Position numbers and translations under genes: made by a program
Origin: Octopus sinensis
Lineage: Eukaryota
Direction: 5' to 3'
DNA: 64,000 nucleotides
Assembly: GCF_006345805.1 (NCBI RefSeq)
Contig: NW_021832832.1
Span: forward strand, 1-64,000
The notes under the pieces: generated by a model
The model's input: only the letters and a program-made list of their open reading frames with translations
Told to the model about the DNA's origin: nothing
The model's database searches: none
Shown: positions 24,911 to 38,545 of the stretch, piece after piece
How the letters are laid out: the number at the start of each line of letters is the position of its first letter
Numbering within the stretch: the first letter of the stretch is position 1

Positions 24911-24953
24911 ATATATATATATGTATCTAGCTAGCTATCCATATATATATATT

Positions 24954-25020
<67 letters not shown>

Positions 25021-25632
25021 AAGAGATGTGTGTGTGTGTGTGAGAGAGAGAAAGAGATGTGTGCGTGTATGCATACATACATAAATACATACATACGTAC
25101 GTATGTATGTATATACGTAGATAGATTGATACGTAGGCAAGCAGACAGACACAAGTCATTCAATGTATGTCGAGAACACGTCTTGTGACATAAAGCATTT
25201 ATGTATTTTTGCTCTTTGGGTTTTTGTTATTGAATTAATTACGGTAAGAGAAAATCTACAGAAAATGGCAAAATGACAACACCCAAAACTCTCAGCCTTT
25301 TCTGTTTCAATAGTTATATATAACAAATATGTCAAGGTTACACGTCTTAAAAGTTTATAGGCAAAAGTTGTGGACAACATAAATCACACGCTGTGGGTAG
25401 CTAAAATAAATAAAACAGAAATAAATAAGATCTTTGTTACTATTATTCAACAGTGAGTCAACCATTGGCGTTTATTTTACGATACAGAAAATAAAAAGAC
25501 TGATATTTTTCTCACCATAAAACGAATGTTGATTTTTAAATCTGCATGGTTTTAATCTTAAACTGATTTATGACTGAAATATTTTATGTCACCAGTAAAT
25601 ATTAATCCATATTCTAATTTATTGTATTTCAG

Positions 25633-25663
25633 GCCAATCAACTCAAGGCAAAACAACTTGAAG
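25633..25663 (+). other. Candidate 31-nt microexon
   Basis: TTTATTGTATTTCAG|GCCAATCAACTCAAGGCAAAACAACTTGAAG|GTAAGC in unique sequence; open in two frames (ANQLKAKQLE or PINSRQNNLK); no partner exon found. Confidence 0.3.
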
Positions 25664-25799
25664 GTAAGCTAAAATACAATTTTTTTTTACTGTGTTTATT
25701 TTATGTACGTCAATAAAAGCATAACGCCATTACGTGAAAAAAACTATGTGTTGTTTCGAAAATTTCGTTTGAAATTTTAACGAAAAGTTTCATCAATAT

Positions 25800-26205
25800 G
25801 GCGCAGGAGTGGCTGTGTGGTAAGTAGCTTGTTTACCAACTACATGGTTCCAGGTTCAGTCCCACTGCGTGGCACCTTGGGCAAGTGTCTTCTACTATAG
25901 CTTCGGGCCGACCAAAGCCTTGTGAGTGGATTTGGTAGACGGAAAATGAAAGAAGCCCGTCGTATATATGTATATATATGCGTGTGTGTGTTTGTGTGTC
26001 TGTGTTTGTCCCCCTAGCATTGCTTGACAGCCGATGCTGGTGTGTTTATGTCCCCGTTACTTAGCGGTTCGGCAAAAGAGACCGATAGAATAAGTACTGG
26101 GCTTACAAAAGAATAAGTCCCGGGGTCGATTTGCTCGATTAAAGGCGGTGCTCCAGCATGGCCGCAATCAAATGGCTGAAACAAGTAAAAGAGTAAAAAG
26201 AGTAA
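25800..26205 (+). mobile_element. SINE-A, full length
   Basis: GGCGCAGGAGTGGCTGTGTGG through AAGTAAAAGAGTAAAAAGAGTAA. Confidence 0.92.
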
Positions 26206-26611
26206 TATATATCCAGATCGGCAACGTGGTAACTACGATATTAGCAGAATTGTTTTGCGCTCTCTCGTTATGGCCTTTGCTGTTCTGCTCTGAAATCTCA
26301 CCAAAGGCATCCCTGCGTTTTTATCCTCTCCAGATCTATAAAATGATATATCTGTCAACTAGTGAGTTTGATAAAATCGATCATACCTCTAACCACGAAT
26401 CTGGAGCATGCTCCTTATTAAAAAAAAAAGGTAAATATTATATTGGAGAGGTGACAAAACGGAATAAATACATTGTGGTACTTTGTGATTTTCCAGTGTT
26501 CAAAGCAACTTTACCCTTCATGTTTCAAAGGGAGCTAAAATAAATATCAGTCATTTTCCCATTGGAATTGTAACAAGACACTACAGTCTTCCGTGAAAGA
26601 AAGGTATGGTA

Positions 26612-27073
26612 TCATAATAATATTGTTTTGAAATTTTGGTATAACGCTGGCAATTTCGGGAGAAATGTGTAAGTCGATGACATCGACCCCAGTGGTGAAC
26701 TGGTACATATTTTATCGACAGCGAAATGATGAAAGGCAAAGTCGATCTCGCAAAGGCAAAATCGGCCTCGACAGAATGTAAAGACGGGCAGAAACATTAG
26801 TACGCCGGGCGAAATGTTTAACAGTATTTCGTCTATCGCTACGTTCTGAGTTCAAATTCTGCCGAGTTCGACTTAGCTATTCATCCTTTCGGGATCGTTT
26901 AAATAAGTACCATTTACGCACTGGGGTCGATGTAATCGATTTAAGCCCTTTGTCTGTCCTTGTTTGTCTCCTCTATGTTTAGCCCCTTGAGGGCAATAAA
27001 GAAATAAGAACATAAAGACGGGCGTAATGCACTTTGCCCAGCCTGCCAAAGATTCTGCCAGCTCACCACCTTA
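26612..27073 (-). mobile_element. SINE-B (minus) interrupted by a nested SINE-B (plus, 26790-27006)
   Basis: Host body 26612-26789, host head 27007-27073; duplicated target 26773-26789 and 27007-27023. Confidence 0.85.
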
Positions 27074-27087
27074 CCATTGTGGTTATA

Positions 27088-27268
27088 TTGGTTTCTAATT
27101 TTGATATTGACCAACAGTATTGGGGGAGGAGTTAAATCGACCCTAGTGTTTAACTGGTACTTATTTTATCGATCCTGTAAAGTAAAGTAGACTTTAGTGG
27201 AATTTGAACTCAGAACGTAAAAACAGACAAAATATATTTTGACCGGCGTGCTATTGATTCTTCAGGCG
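27088..27268 (-). mobile_element. Degenerate SINE-B
   Basis: AACTGGTACTTATTTTATCGA...GGAATTTGAACTCAGAACGT. Confidence 0.75.
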
Positions 27269-27747
27269 TAGTCATATCAGAAAAGATTATTGGTTCATGT
27301 TCTCAACTTCTAAGTTGAGATTCCGCTTCAAACTTTTTTAACTTATACTGTTGAGAAAGAAATGAACATCTCATTTTTTAGAAAAGAGATATTTGCGTGC
27401 AGACAATAAGAATATTCTTCTTTTATTACGCTTTTGCTATCTTATATCACGTTGAACCACCTTAAAAAGGCGGGAAGATACATTTGATAATAGACTTTGA
27501 AATAAGCTATCTCTAAAATTCAAGAATGCTTTTGCTCAGAGGCCTACTCAAACATTGCTGCCTTGGGACCGAAAAACATCACCAAATTATGCTTATTCAT
27601 CGGTTTGGGCAGGCAATGATCTTTCTATGGAAGATCAACTTATATAACTATAATATTTTCAAATGTGTAGAAGTAAATCTAAATGTAAACCTTCTTATAA
27701 ATTATCAAATAGCAATGAGATTTTTTAAAGAATCTATTATACAATTA

Positions 27748-28052
27748 GTGGAGGCACATGGCCTAGTGGTTAGAGCAGCAGACTCGCGGTCAAGGGATCG
27801 CGGGTTCAAATCTCAGACCAGGTGATGTATGTGTTTATGAGCGAAACACCTAAGTTCCCCGCGGCTCCGGCAGAAGGTAATGGCGAACTTCTGCTGACTC
27901 TTTCGCCACAACTTTCTATTACTCTTTCTTACTGCGTCTTGCAGCTCACCTGCGACAGACCGGCGTCTCGTCCAGGTGAGGAACCTATACGCCAAGGAAA
28001 CCGGGAAATCGGCCCTTTATGAGCCAGGCGTGGCTCGAGAAGGAACAAACAA
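27748..28052 (+). mobile_element. SINE-C (tRNA-derived), full length, 12-bp TSD
   Basis: A-box TGGCCTAGTGG, B-box GGGTTCAAATCT; TSD ATTATACAATTA at 27736-27747 and 28053-28064. Confidence 0.92.
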
Positions 28053-28163
28053 ATTATACAATTATTTGTTCTTGCCTCGGCGGCGGGTAAATTAAGATTG
28101 AAATGATGCAGAAGAGATTATTGTTATTATTATAATCAAATTAATTGTTATTACAATCAGATT

Positions 28164-28800
28164 CGAGCTGGTAGAATCGTTGGCACGTCGAATAAAATGC
28201 GCAGCGGCATGTCTGCATTCTGTGTTCAAATCTCACCGAGCTCGTCTATGCCATTCATCCTTTCGTGGCCGATAAAATAAGAACCAGTTAAACACGAGCG
28301 ATGTAATCGATAGAAATAAAATCACCTCCCAGAATTGCTCTTTTTGTATCAAAATTTGTAATCATTATAAGTTTTTACCTCAAGGACAGATATACGAAAA
28401 ATGAAACGCTACAGAGAAGATTATTCTCATTATTGTAACGAAGCGAGCCAGCAGAATCGTTAGCACACCGGATTATATGCTTTTCGGCATTTCATCCGTC
28501 TGTACATTCTGTGTTCGAATCCCACCGAGGTCGCCTTTGCCTTCCATCCTTTCGGACACAACGAAATGAGTACCAGTTAAGTAATTACTTGCTCCCACCT
28601 CCAAAATTGCAGGATTTTTGCCTATAGTAGATAGGATTGTTATAATTAGATTTACGGAATAGTTAGATCGCGGGACTAAGATGCCATGAGGTATTTTTTT
28701 CCGGCTCTTCACTTTATAAGTTCAAATCTCACCTCGACCAGTATTGCTTTTCATGTTTTGGGGATTGGCAAAAGTGCTTTAATTCCTTCAAAATTTTAAA
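28164..28800 (+). mobile_element. Cluster of three degenerate SINE-B copies
   Basis: Heads near 28164, 28443 and 28665, each with a TTCAAAT/TTCGAAT B-box and a decayed central domain. Confidence 0.7.
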
Positions 28801-29428
28801 CCTTGCGTCCTTGTTTTCTCTCACGGATGGCAGTTTGACAGAATCGAGAGAGCGTTTGACAAAATGCCTGCCATATGATAGTTTTAGTTTCATAATTGAG
28901 TATGAATTTCTTATTGTTTATAACACAAAGGATCCTGATTCGAATATCGAATTGACCTTCATTGTGTCATTTTGAGGACGGATTGTGTGTCGATGTGCCT
29001 TTATAAGAGAGAGGAGCTATGATATTTAACTGCCGGAATTTTGTTTTGTTCATTATTTCATGAGACATTGTGTTTCAAGATAAAATAAAAGATAAAAATT
29101 AGACTGTTGTATATGCACTATGACACACACAAACATAGAAGGGGAGTGGGAGGATAGATTAGCTACTGTGCATGTGAGTGTGTGTTTCTGTAAGGCAGCT
29201 GATAAATAGCGACGGACAAGAATAGACATTGTAATCAGATTTAAGGAAAGGTCACGATAACATGTTGGGAAAGTGAAGATCAGGTAGCGTGAAAGCGACC
29301 GGAAAAAAAAGCCACGAACTCTGATGTTGTACAAAAGCATAGATGACCTGTTTCTGCGGCAATGTATTCCTGTGAGCAAGTAGAGGATTCGGTCGATGAT
29401 GCAACCCCACCGTACACGCCCATGCACA

Positions 29429-29841
29429 TACTCGTTTACTCTCGTTTACTTGTTTCAGTCATTTGACTGTGACCATACTGGAGCACCGCCTTTAGTCGAG
29501 CAAATCGACCCCAGAACTTATTCTTTGTTAGCCTAGTACTTATTCTATTGGTCTCTCTTGCTGAACCACTAAGTTTACGGGGTCCTAAACACACCAGCAT
29601 CGGTTGTCAAGCGATGTTGGGGGACAAACACAGACACACAAACACACACACACATACACATATATATGCATATATACGACAGGCTTCTCTCGGTTTCCGT
29701 CTACCAAATCCACTCACAAGGCTTTGGTTGGCCCGAGACTATAGTAGAAGACACTTGCCCAAGGTGCAACGCAGTGGAACCGAACCCGGAACCATGTGGT
29801 TGGTAAGGAAGCTACTTACCACACAGCCACTCCTACGCCTA
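29429..29841 (-). mobile_element. SINE-A, full length
   Basis: Reverse-complement match from tail to head ACACAGCCACTCCTACGCCTA. Confidence 0.92.
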
Positions 29842-29872
29842 TATAAATACATACATATATACAGAAATGATA

Positions 29873-29945
29873 GATGTCTGCTTGTGACCGAGGAAGACCA
29901 TCACTGATCATTAAGAACATTGTGCACTTACACAAATTTATACTG
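29873..29945 (-). mobile_element. Short RTE-like 3' tail fragment
   Basis: GTGACCGAGGAAGACCATCACTGATC..AAGAACATTGTGCAC resembles 23110-23160. Confidence 0.6.
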
Positions 29946-30271
29946 TAAACTTCTGACTATAAAGCTCAACCTTTGATAAAAATACACGTCCTCAGATGAT
30001 ACAGACCAGGACTCCCACATACACGCACACACATACTCGTATATAAATACAAGCAAACTTATATATGTAAATGCATCGGGGGTCAATGGTCTGAAATTGC
30101 CTGTTTAAACAAACTCGTCCTTGATGACCTTAAAAACCATCGAACTGGAGGACATTTCCAATTCATGTATATTTCTTTAGAAATGTGACATGGACGCACA
30201 CGCGCGCGCGAGCACACACACACACACACGCATACATAAATATGTAGGTAGATAGGTAGGTAGGTAGGTAA

Positions 30272-30329
<58 letters not shown>

Positions 30330-30565
30330 TCGGAGCGGATAACAAGTTCAGTGAAGCTATGTCCAGTCACTTAAAGTAAAGAATTTACAGCAAACACAAA
30401 GGACGAAAAAGCATTTAATCCATGTGTCCGACAAAATATAATTTGTTTCGCCTATAGTTCTCCAGAATCAAGGAACAATATTTAGAGAAAATCCAAATAC
30501 ACAGACACATATACACACGCGCACACACACACTCACACACTCGCTCACACACATATATATGTGTA

Positions 30566-30601
<36 letters not shown>

Positions 30602-31200
30602 ACGTTTCTTTGGAGTAGTGGATCACGAATCATATAAGCCAGATATAATAATAGAGTGTAATAATTTGGTTACAAAAAACTCCTTGGATAGAAAACGTCG
30701 AAGGTTACCCATGGGTCTGGAATCCACATTTCCTTCCAGAGAGATTTATATGTACACACATACACACACACAAACACACACCTCCTATCTCACACACACT
30801 CTGACATACACATACATACATTCAAACATGATTAGGAACTGTACAATATGCTCTTCCTAAATACCACTCAACGCATTCGTCAACCCGCTGTTACATTTCT
30901 TCCGTAACCTTCTAGGTTACTGTGATTGTCTTAAATTCAGTGTATCATAGGAGACGCTTCGGCAAAACTGTCATAGTTATGACTTCTACGATGCTTATTA
31001 CATCGACGTAAATTTGAGAAACGGCCAATTCTAACCACTTAATTGTTCCATACGTCAATTATTTATTAATAAAGCCATTATTAATACAAATTCATGGAAA
31101 ATTGTCATCGTATAGAATAGAATACACAAATGAAAAATAAGCTAGACGCTGTACACACACATAGACACGCTCATACATTTATATACATGTATGTACATAT

Positions 31201-31385
31201 TCTTTTACTTGTTCAAATCATTGAACTGCGTTCATACTGGAGCAGCACCTTAAAGAGTTTCGTCGAACAAAGCGATCCTTGCAGTAATTTTTGTTACTTA
31301 TTCTATTGACTCTATTTCCAAACCAAAGGGTGACAACACACAAACACCGGTTGCCAAGCATTGTAGGAGCACAACCACAAACAAA
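31201..31385 (-). mobile_element. Old SINE-A-like 3' half
   Basis: TCTTTTACTTGTT...CATACTGGAGCA...TACTTATTCTAT...ACACCGGTTGCCAAGC. Confidence 0.6.
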
Positions 31386-31406
31386 CAAGTTTACATATAT
31401 ATATAT

Positions 31407-31525
31407 ACCGTTGGCGATTTTTTTCCTCTGTCTTCCCTTCTCCTATGTTTCCGACGAATAGCTCCGCTCGAAACGTTAAACCCTCCTTCTTCCCTTCTTT
31501 CCTGAGCGTCCAATAATACTATATA
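31407..31525 (+). mobile_element. TA-flanked short element (H3) with minimal hammerhead-like motif
   Basis: GTTT-CCGACGA-A-TAGC-TCC-GCTC-GAAAC-GTT-AAAC at 31447-31481; the downstream CCTGAGCGT..TAATAC is shared with H1. Confidence 0.6.
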
Positions 31526-31532
31526 TTAACTT

Positions 31533-31603
<71 letters not shown>

Positions 31604-31615
31604 GATAGATATATA

Positions 31616-31797
31616 GGGGGAGTTCACGAAAAAAAACAAAAGACGAAGACAGGTGGTGTACAGAACAAACAGATGTATTAGTATAACGCTCAGGAATAGA
31701 AAAAGTCTTTTACGTTTCGAGTCTAAGCTCTTCTACAGAAAGGGACACAGAAAAAACAAGGAGAGAAAAAAATGTGTAGTGGCTAACGATCTATCAT
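31616..31797 (-). mobile_element. TA-flanked element H1 with minimal hammerhead-like motif
   Basis: Same two ends as 55992-56178; minus motif CTTT-CTGTAGA-A-GAGC-TTAG-ACTC-GAAAC-GTA-AAAG within 31705-31746. Confidence 0.8.
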
Positions 31798-31932
31798 ATA
31801 TATATATATATATAAATTTATAAATAAGGATAATATCGATATTTAAATATCGATCTTATCAATTTGCCAACATGGGAATAAATACCATACAAAGGTAATA
31901 ATTATTTAAAACTATAAAATAGGGTATCTGAA

Positions 31933-31976
<44 letters not shown>

Positions 31977-31994
31977 CTATTCGATGCGATTTGG

Positions 31995-33353
31995 CACAGT
32001 TTACGTCTGCTAAATTCACTCCTAAAACATTAGCCAGCCCGGGGTTATAATAGAAGACATTTGCCCGATGTGCCACATAGTGGGGTCAAACCCGAAACAT
32101 GAAGCTGGGAAGCAAATATGTATGCACGTCTATATGTGTATATATAGATCGGGAATCGTATCTAGAATCTTTCAATCTCCTACTGCGGTTTCTGTTTCAG
32201 TTTTTGTACTATCGACATCCACCTCACCATGTCAGCTAATATCTGTATATCAGTCCGCTTCTCTTTTGATTGTTCGTACAACTAAACAAATATAGAGCGG
32301 ACATTTCTCTTGTCTAACGGGTTTCCTTCATTCCTCAATATCTTTTCCTTGTTAGAGAGCGAGTCTTCCACAAGCATGACTCAGTTTTTCCAAAAGATGT
32401 TCGCGGTCTATCTCATGTACTACGTCATAAATGCACGCAGCTGTTATTTTTACTTCCCCATGCTTGTGGTTTATTAGTTAAGCTTCTAATCTGTACGACA
32501 GATTATGGACAATATTATTACTTGGCATACATTGTACTTCATTTGAAGTGACATGCAATGGCTGCTTCGCAATCGCTGTCTCAAACTTCCGCTTATCAAT
32601 CTAGCCTTTCTCACACTAAGATTTAGTTTGTCATTTCCTTATAGCTATTATCATTACTGATTACGCGGCTTAGATGAGTCAAGTGATTGATTTGCCTGGC
32701 CTCAGACCTTTGATAACGATAGCGTCCGACAGTATAATTGGTTCGAATCAAGACTTGACTGATAAAGAAGTGTTTAAAGAGCTGGATGAAATGTCATTGA
32801 TTTTTAACCCGAACATAACAGGTACACCCTGAAGGACATTTACCAAGAAGTACATACCTGTAGCATAGGAGACAAGCATACAAATATGAACAATCAAAAA
32901 TGATTGACTTAACATGTGGATATTTTGGGGTGAAGCCTTGCGGTGCAGAACTTGGACAGGTTTATACACACACGCACACATACACACATGTGTTGTGTAT
33001 ATGTGTGTATACATATAAGCATGTAAGCATAGCTTTATGTATAGCGTGTAGGCGTATGAATGTGCATACAGAGAAAGTGGTGGGGGGAAAACGAATTAAT
33101 TTGCTCCATATTCTAAAGACTATTTATTAATTAGGTTGCCTCTCTTAATTAAAAACTTGAAATGGAGTAATAAATCGAGAAGTACATGTTATGGATTACA
33201 TTAAATGATTCAACATTTCAATATAGATGGCAAAATGCTTTATTCGGCATGAGGTTTTCATGTGAATTCATTTGAAAAGTTCGCACAGAGCGAAACATAT
33301 GACGATCTGTAATAAAAGATTTTAATTCATTATTTTATATATATATATACATG

Positions 33354-33409
<56 letters not shown>

Positions 33410-34092
33410 TTTTAGTTGCGCTGCTAAGTTAGTGAGAGGTAAACAAACCAATACCAATTGTCATGTGATGGTGGGAGACAGTCACACACACGCACATTCA
33501 CACACACATACACACACACATACAAAAGCATATATAAATTCCCGCCGACTACCAATTTCATTCATAAGGCATTGGTTGTCCCGTGACTATAGAAGGAGCC
33601 ACTAGCACATGGTTGCGAAGCGAGTTTCTTAACCATAGAGCTATCCCTACACCTCTCTTCCCCTCACACTCTCCATATCTTTCTTTCTCTTTCTCTCTCT
33701 CTCTCTTCGTATACACACACGCACACACACACACATATATATATATATGAAAAGGTCCTGGAAGTTTAGAAATATGGGTTATCGCCAATGAAGCACTTTC
33801 TTCGGGTGTTGAAAATTTAGGTGCCGGATCGGTAAACACAATGTTTGGATTTAACAAAGTATAAAATATAATCAAAATGAAATAACAATGTTCCATGTTA
33901 AGTTACGTAATATTTACGGTTTTAAACTCTAGAATGCCAATTCGTCACACTCATATGAAAAGGTTTCGCTCTGACATTTGCCGAAATCCCATATTCACAT
34001 GGAACTCTTGCGTGCAATGGGTTTAAAAACAGAATGGGACAGAAACTACTGTAACTGGTCATTAAAGACGTCCTAAACTCTTTCTTTGTCTT

Positions 34093-34141
<49 letters not shown>

Positions 34142-34460
34142 TATATATATACACATATATATACATATATATACAGACACCTGTTGTGTGGGGGAATACG
34201 TTTGAGAGCGCGTGCGGTTAAGTAGGCAGAATAAGTAGTACATGCAATATACTTAACTGTTTCCTGAATAAGAGATAACAGATACAAAAAAGCTGTTTGA
34301 AACTCGATCTCTTCTCTGTGTGTGTATGTGTGTATGTGTGCGTATGTATATTTGTATATGTATATATGCATAAATATACATATGTGTATATATGTATATA
34401 TATATATACGTATATATATATATGTATATATATATATATGTATGCATATATATATATACC

Positions 34461-34491
<31 letters not shown>

Positions 34492-34603
34492 ACCTATATA
34501 TATGGATGTATATGTATATAGGTGTATATATGTATATATATATATACATATATACATATATATATATATATTGTATATGTGTATATATGTGTATATATAT
34601 GTG

Positions 34604-34636
<33 letters not shown>

Positions 34637-34814
34637 GTATATGTGTATATATATATATATATAATATATATATATATGAAAAGTATCTTTCAGTTTCTGT
34701 TTACGAAATCCACTTACAAGTCTCTGGTTGGCCTGAGGCTATAAGAGAAGACGCTTACCTAATTTGCCACGCAGTGGGACTGAACCCGGAGCCATATGGT
34801 TGGGAATCAAGCTT
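31995..34814 (-). mobile_element. Three separate, heavily decayed SINE-A 5' halves (about 31995-32117, 33420-33640, 34683-34814)
   Basis: Each keeps parts of CAGTTT..GTCTAC.AAAT.CACTCAC / TATAG..GAAGAC / GGAACCATG. Confidence 0.55.
34090..34680. repeat. (TA)n/(TG)n compound microsatellite (with a unique insert at about 34175-34315)
   Basis: Direct reading. Confidence 0.9.
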
Positions 34815-35762
34815 AAGAGTACCCGTAGATTTAATACCTATTCAGTTTTCATTGCATCCATTCAAACTGCGAGTGCTCTCGATATTCTTTTTTGCTTTTG
34901 TTTTTGTCTCTGAAATATGTAACTATATGAAACATGGGTCTGACACCATTGTCCGTGTAAATCAGAAGAGATTATGAGACTAGACATAAAGAATAAATCG
35001 ACATAAAAAAATGGAAATAATACAACTTTAAAAAATATGTTTCTGTAATCAATTATTATTTTGATGAACAGTCAGTTGATTGATTTTTACATTGAATGTC
35101 CATTATTGAAAAAAACATAATCTGTACACCAATTGACGAGATGCCAATGAGCAACGAATGGAATTGAAAGCTGATTCATAAATGTTTGTCGGACCTGTTA
35201 CGTTCGATAGTAGCTCCACTTCTAAACAATGAAAATCAATTGCAATACAATAACTTAAGCATGTTTTCTATAATATAGATTGTGTCCGTATCCGTATCAT
35301 ACCATACAGATCCATATCTGAAGAACCTGAGATCAATAGAACTAAATCATCTGTTAGTGAATACACTTCGTATTTAGTTTCCTATCAGTCAAGCGTTTCG
35401 TTACGTGATTGGTTTTGTAAAGCAGTGACAAAAATATGTAAATACGAATAGCTTGCAGAGCTTCAGTGGTACTGATGGGGGTATTTAGGGAAATTATATT
35501 TAATTCTCGACGCAAAATGTCCAAACTCTTATAAGGTTTTCGAAGACTTGGTGGGTTGGGGCAACTAGAATAAATTGCCCTATTGAAATCCCCGAATAAA
35601 GGCCCTATAAAGAAAGAGCATACAAATGAAGGAGTTTGTATGCAAAAATAGTAGTCAAATGGTAAAATATGTTACTTTGGATATTACAGTCTGTGTTATG
35701 TAATCACAAATAACGAAACGAAATGGTCACAAGCGAAACACTTTTGTGACAGCCATTATGAA

Positions 35763-36440
35763 GGATAAGTATTTCGTTTGCCGCCACGTTCTGAGTTCGA
35801 ATTCCGCCGAGGTTGACTTTGCCTTTCATCCTTTCGGGGTCGATTAAATAAATACCAGTTGCGACTTGCCCTTCCTCGCAAATTTCGGGTCTTGTGCCTA
35901 TAATACAAAGGATTATGATGTATGAGTAAAAAGACTGATATCAACAGCAGTAATAAAGTTGTGGATATATTTTTAGGCTGACTAGTTATTAGACCCTTAG
36001 TCATTTCCAACTAATCTTTTATGAAATCTGATACGACTGTAATAAACACATTTCAATATAATTCTGTTAAATGCTTAACGGTATTTCGTCAGTCTTTACG
36101 TTCTGATTTCAAATCCACCAAGGTCGACTTTGCCTTTCATCCTTTCGGGGTTGAAAATATAAGTACAAGTTGAGAATCGATGTAATCGATTTGCCCCTTA
36201 CACCGAAAGTACTGGCCTTATGCCAAAATTTGAAACCAATATTAATTTGGTAAATCATTAGCACGCTGGATAAAATGATTAGCTGCATTTTTTTCCGGCT
36301 TTACGTTCTGAGTTCAAATTCCGCCGAAGTCGACTTTGCCTTTCATCATTTCGAGGTCGATAGATTATGTACCAGTACCAGTAGAAAACTGGGATCGATG
36401 TAATCGACTTATCCTCTCCCACAAAATGTGAAACAAATAT
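35763..36440 (+). mobile_element. Three SINE-B copies (about 35763-35915, 36068-36245, 36258-36440)
   Basis: Each has TTACG/CCACGTTCTGA.TTC.AAT.C.CCGA.GTCGACTTTGCCTTTCATC. Confidence 0.85.
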
Positions 36441-37272
36441 AAGCTATACTCATTTCTCTTTTACTTGTTTCAGTCATTTGACTGCGGCCATGCTAGAGCA
36501 CCGCCTTTTATATTGTTACTGACTTTTTTCTAAGTTCAGACGTGTCACACATTTTAGTAATACATAATAACTTATGCTAAGAACTCGTTTAAGTGCACGC
36601 AGGCAATTTTTATGTTAAAAACAGAATTTATTTCCCTGATATATGTTTTGTAAACCATCTGCATGGGAAAGAGGTTGCAGCGGACATAATAAATATATGA
36701 TTAAGAAAGCTACTGAGATTTTGATTTCTAATCTAACTCATACATATTCCAATCGAACTTGCCAACCTGGTTACAGTTTTCATGTAGAGAAGATTAGCAA
36801 TTGCTCATCCATGCAAGTGTCTCCTTTCCAAACTAAGTGATGATGATCAAAAGAAAGACAAGACCGATCAACTTCGCGCTGCCAACTATCGACTAATTGG
36901 CCATTCTTTCATGAATTTAATGCATTACCATTTCGTACCAATAGCTCTCTTGTATACCACGTACAAAGGAAGCAACGAAATGTCCAGCCAATTTAGTCTA
37001 TGCTTAAAATTGAAAATAAAATAAAAAGTAATATCGACGCGTAATCAATTCGATGCTGTTCCACACACAAATGCTAAACGATGCCAAAAACAGAGCATTA
37101 TTAATCCAAGGGTAACGTAGAAAAGTGTACCCTGAACTTAATGCATAAAAATGTAGACTATACAAAACTGGATGCTACCAGAAACATAGCAACCTGCAAC
37201 CAGCAAAAATAGTAATAGAGATAGAGAGAGGGATGATGTTTCTTCATTATACGTAATTGACAACTATATACT

Positions 37273-37660
37273 TTTGGAAGCACTCCGTCGGTTACGACGA
37301 TGAGGGTTCCGGTTGATCCGAATCAACGGAACAGCCTGCTCGTGAAATTAACGTGTAAGTGGATGAGCACTCCACAGACACGTGCACCCTTAACGTAGTT
37401 CTCGGGGATATTCAGCGTGGCACAGAGAGTGACAAGGCCGGCCCCTTGAAATACAGGTACAACAGAAACAGGAAGTAAGAATGAGAGAAAGTTGTGGTCA
37501 AAGAGTACAGCAGGGATCACCACCACCCCCTGCCGGAGCCTCGTGGAGCTTTTAGGTGTTTTCGCTCAATAAACACTCACAACGCCCGGTCTGGGAATCG
37601 AAACCGCGATCCTATGACCGCGAGTCCGCTGCCCTAACCACTGGGCCATTGCGCCTCCAC
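37273..37660 (-). mobile_element. SINE-D (same head as SINE-C, different tail), full length, 11-13-bp TSD
   Basis: TSD (AC)AACTATATACT at 37260-37272 and 37659-37671; head GTGGAGGCGCAATGGCCCAGTGGTTAGGGCAGCGGACTCGCGG. Confidence 0.92.
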
Positions 37661-38339
37661 AACTATATACTAAAAACCTTGCGAATCTACGACGACATTT
37701 TGAGAGAAAAGGAATTGTTGACATCAAAGGTACCAGAAATAGAAGTAAAAATCCTTAGTACAATTAAAGAATATGTAACGAAAATACAGATATAGAACAA
37801 TATATTCAAATCTAAAACCATACAATGAAAATACAAAGGACGAAGACAGACGTACATGTGTATAAAAAAAAAATGGGGAAAATATTTCAAGACCTACAGA
37901 CTACAAACCAACAAAACCTGAACTAGAAAAACACTTAGAAATTTTTTATAAATGGAAGTTCTAATGATGGAAATCTTGAAAATGACAATAATCGAAATGT
38001 GAAAATATTTAAGTAATTAATTTTAATAGATCTATTATTGCTGTAGTACAAGTACCACTCGAAGAAAAACTCAAATATGAAAAAGTGAAGAAATAAACCG
38101 AAAAAAAAAAGCAGCGCAAATCTGTCCATCGTAATTTTAATTAAAGCAGGTACGAACGTCATTATCAGCTGAAGAAATGAAATACAGCACTATGTGTATC
38201 AATTGTGATAATGAATAAAGCAATTGAATACTTTTGCAGACTTGGTGTGTTTGTCTGTATGTAGTTATGCGTACGCGCACTTATGCGTGCATGTGTTGTA
38301 TATACATTTCTATACATGTGTATGTGCGTGTATATGTAT

Positions 38340-38405
<66 letters not shown>

Positions 38406-38545
38406 CGGAGATGTACTTGCATGGCAAGTGAATTGATCTGAGATCGTGTGCTGAAACGAAAACAATTGCAGCGTGGAAGGTGTTTGTAAGCCATTTAAGA
38501 AACACACAAAAGCCGTTCGATTCACTTCAGAACGTTCAGACAGGT

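Noticed and set aside
27748-27820. tRNA genes at SINE heads (also 37590-37660, 61517-61585)
   Set aside because: A/B boxes are present but I see no closed acceptor stem; they continue into SINE bodies and two are bounded by TSDs.
32290-32520. Minus-strand IDREHLLEKL, faintly RT-like
   Set aside because: Too degenerate, with no other RT motif in frame.
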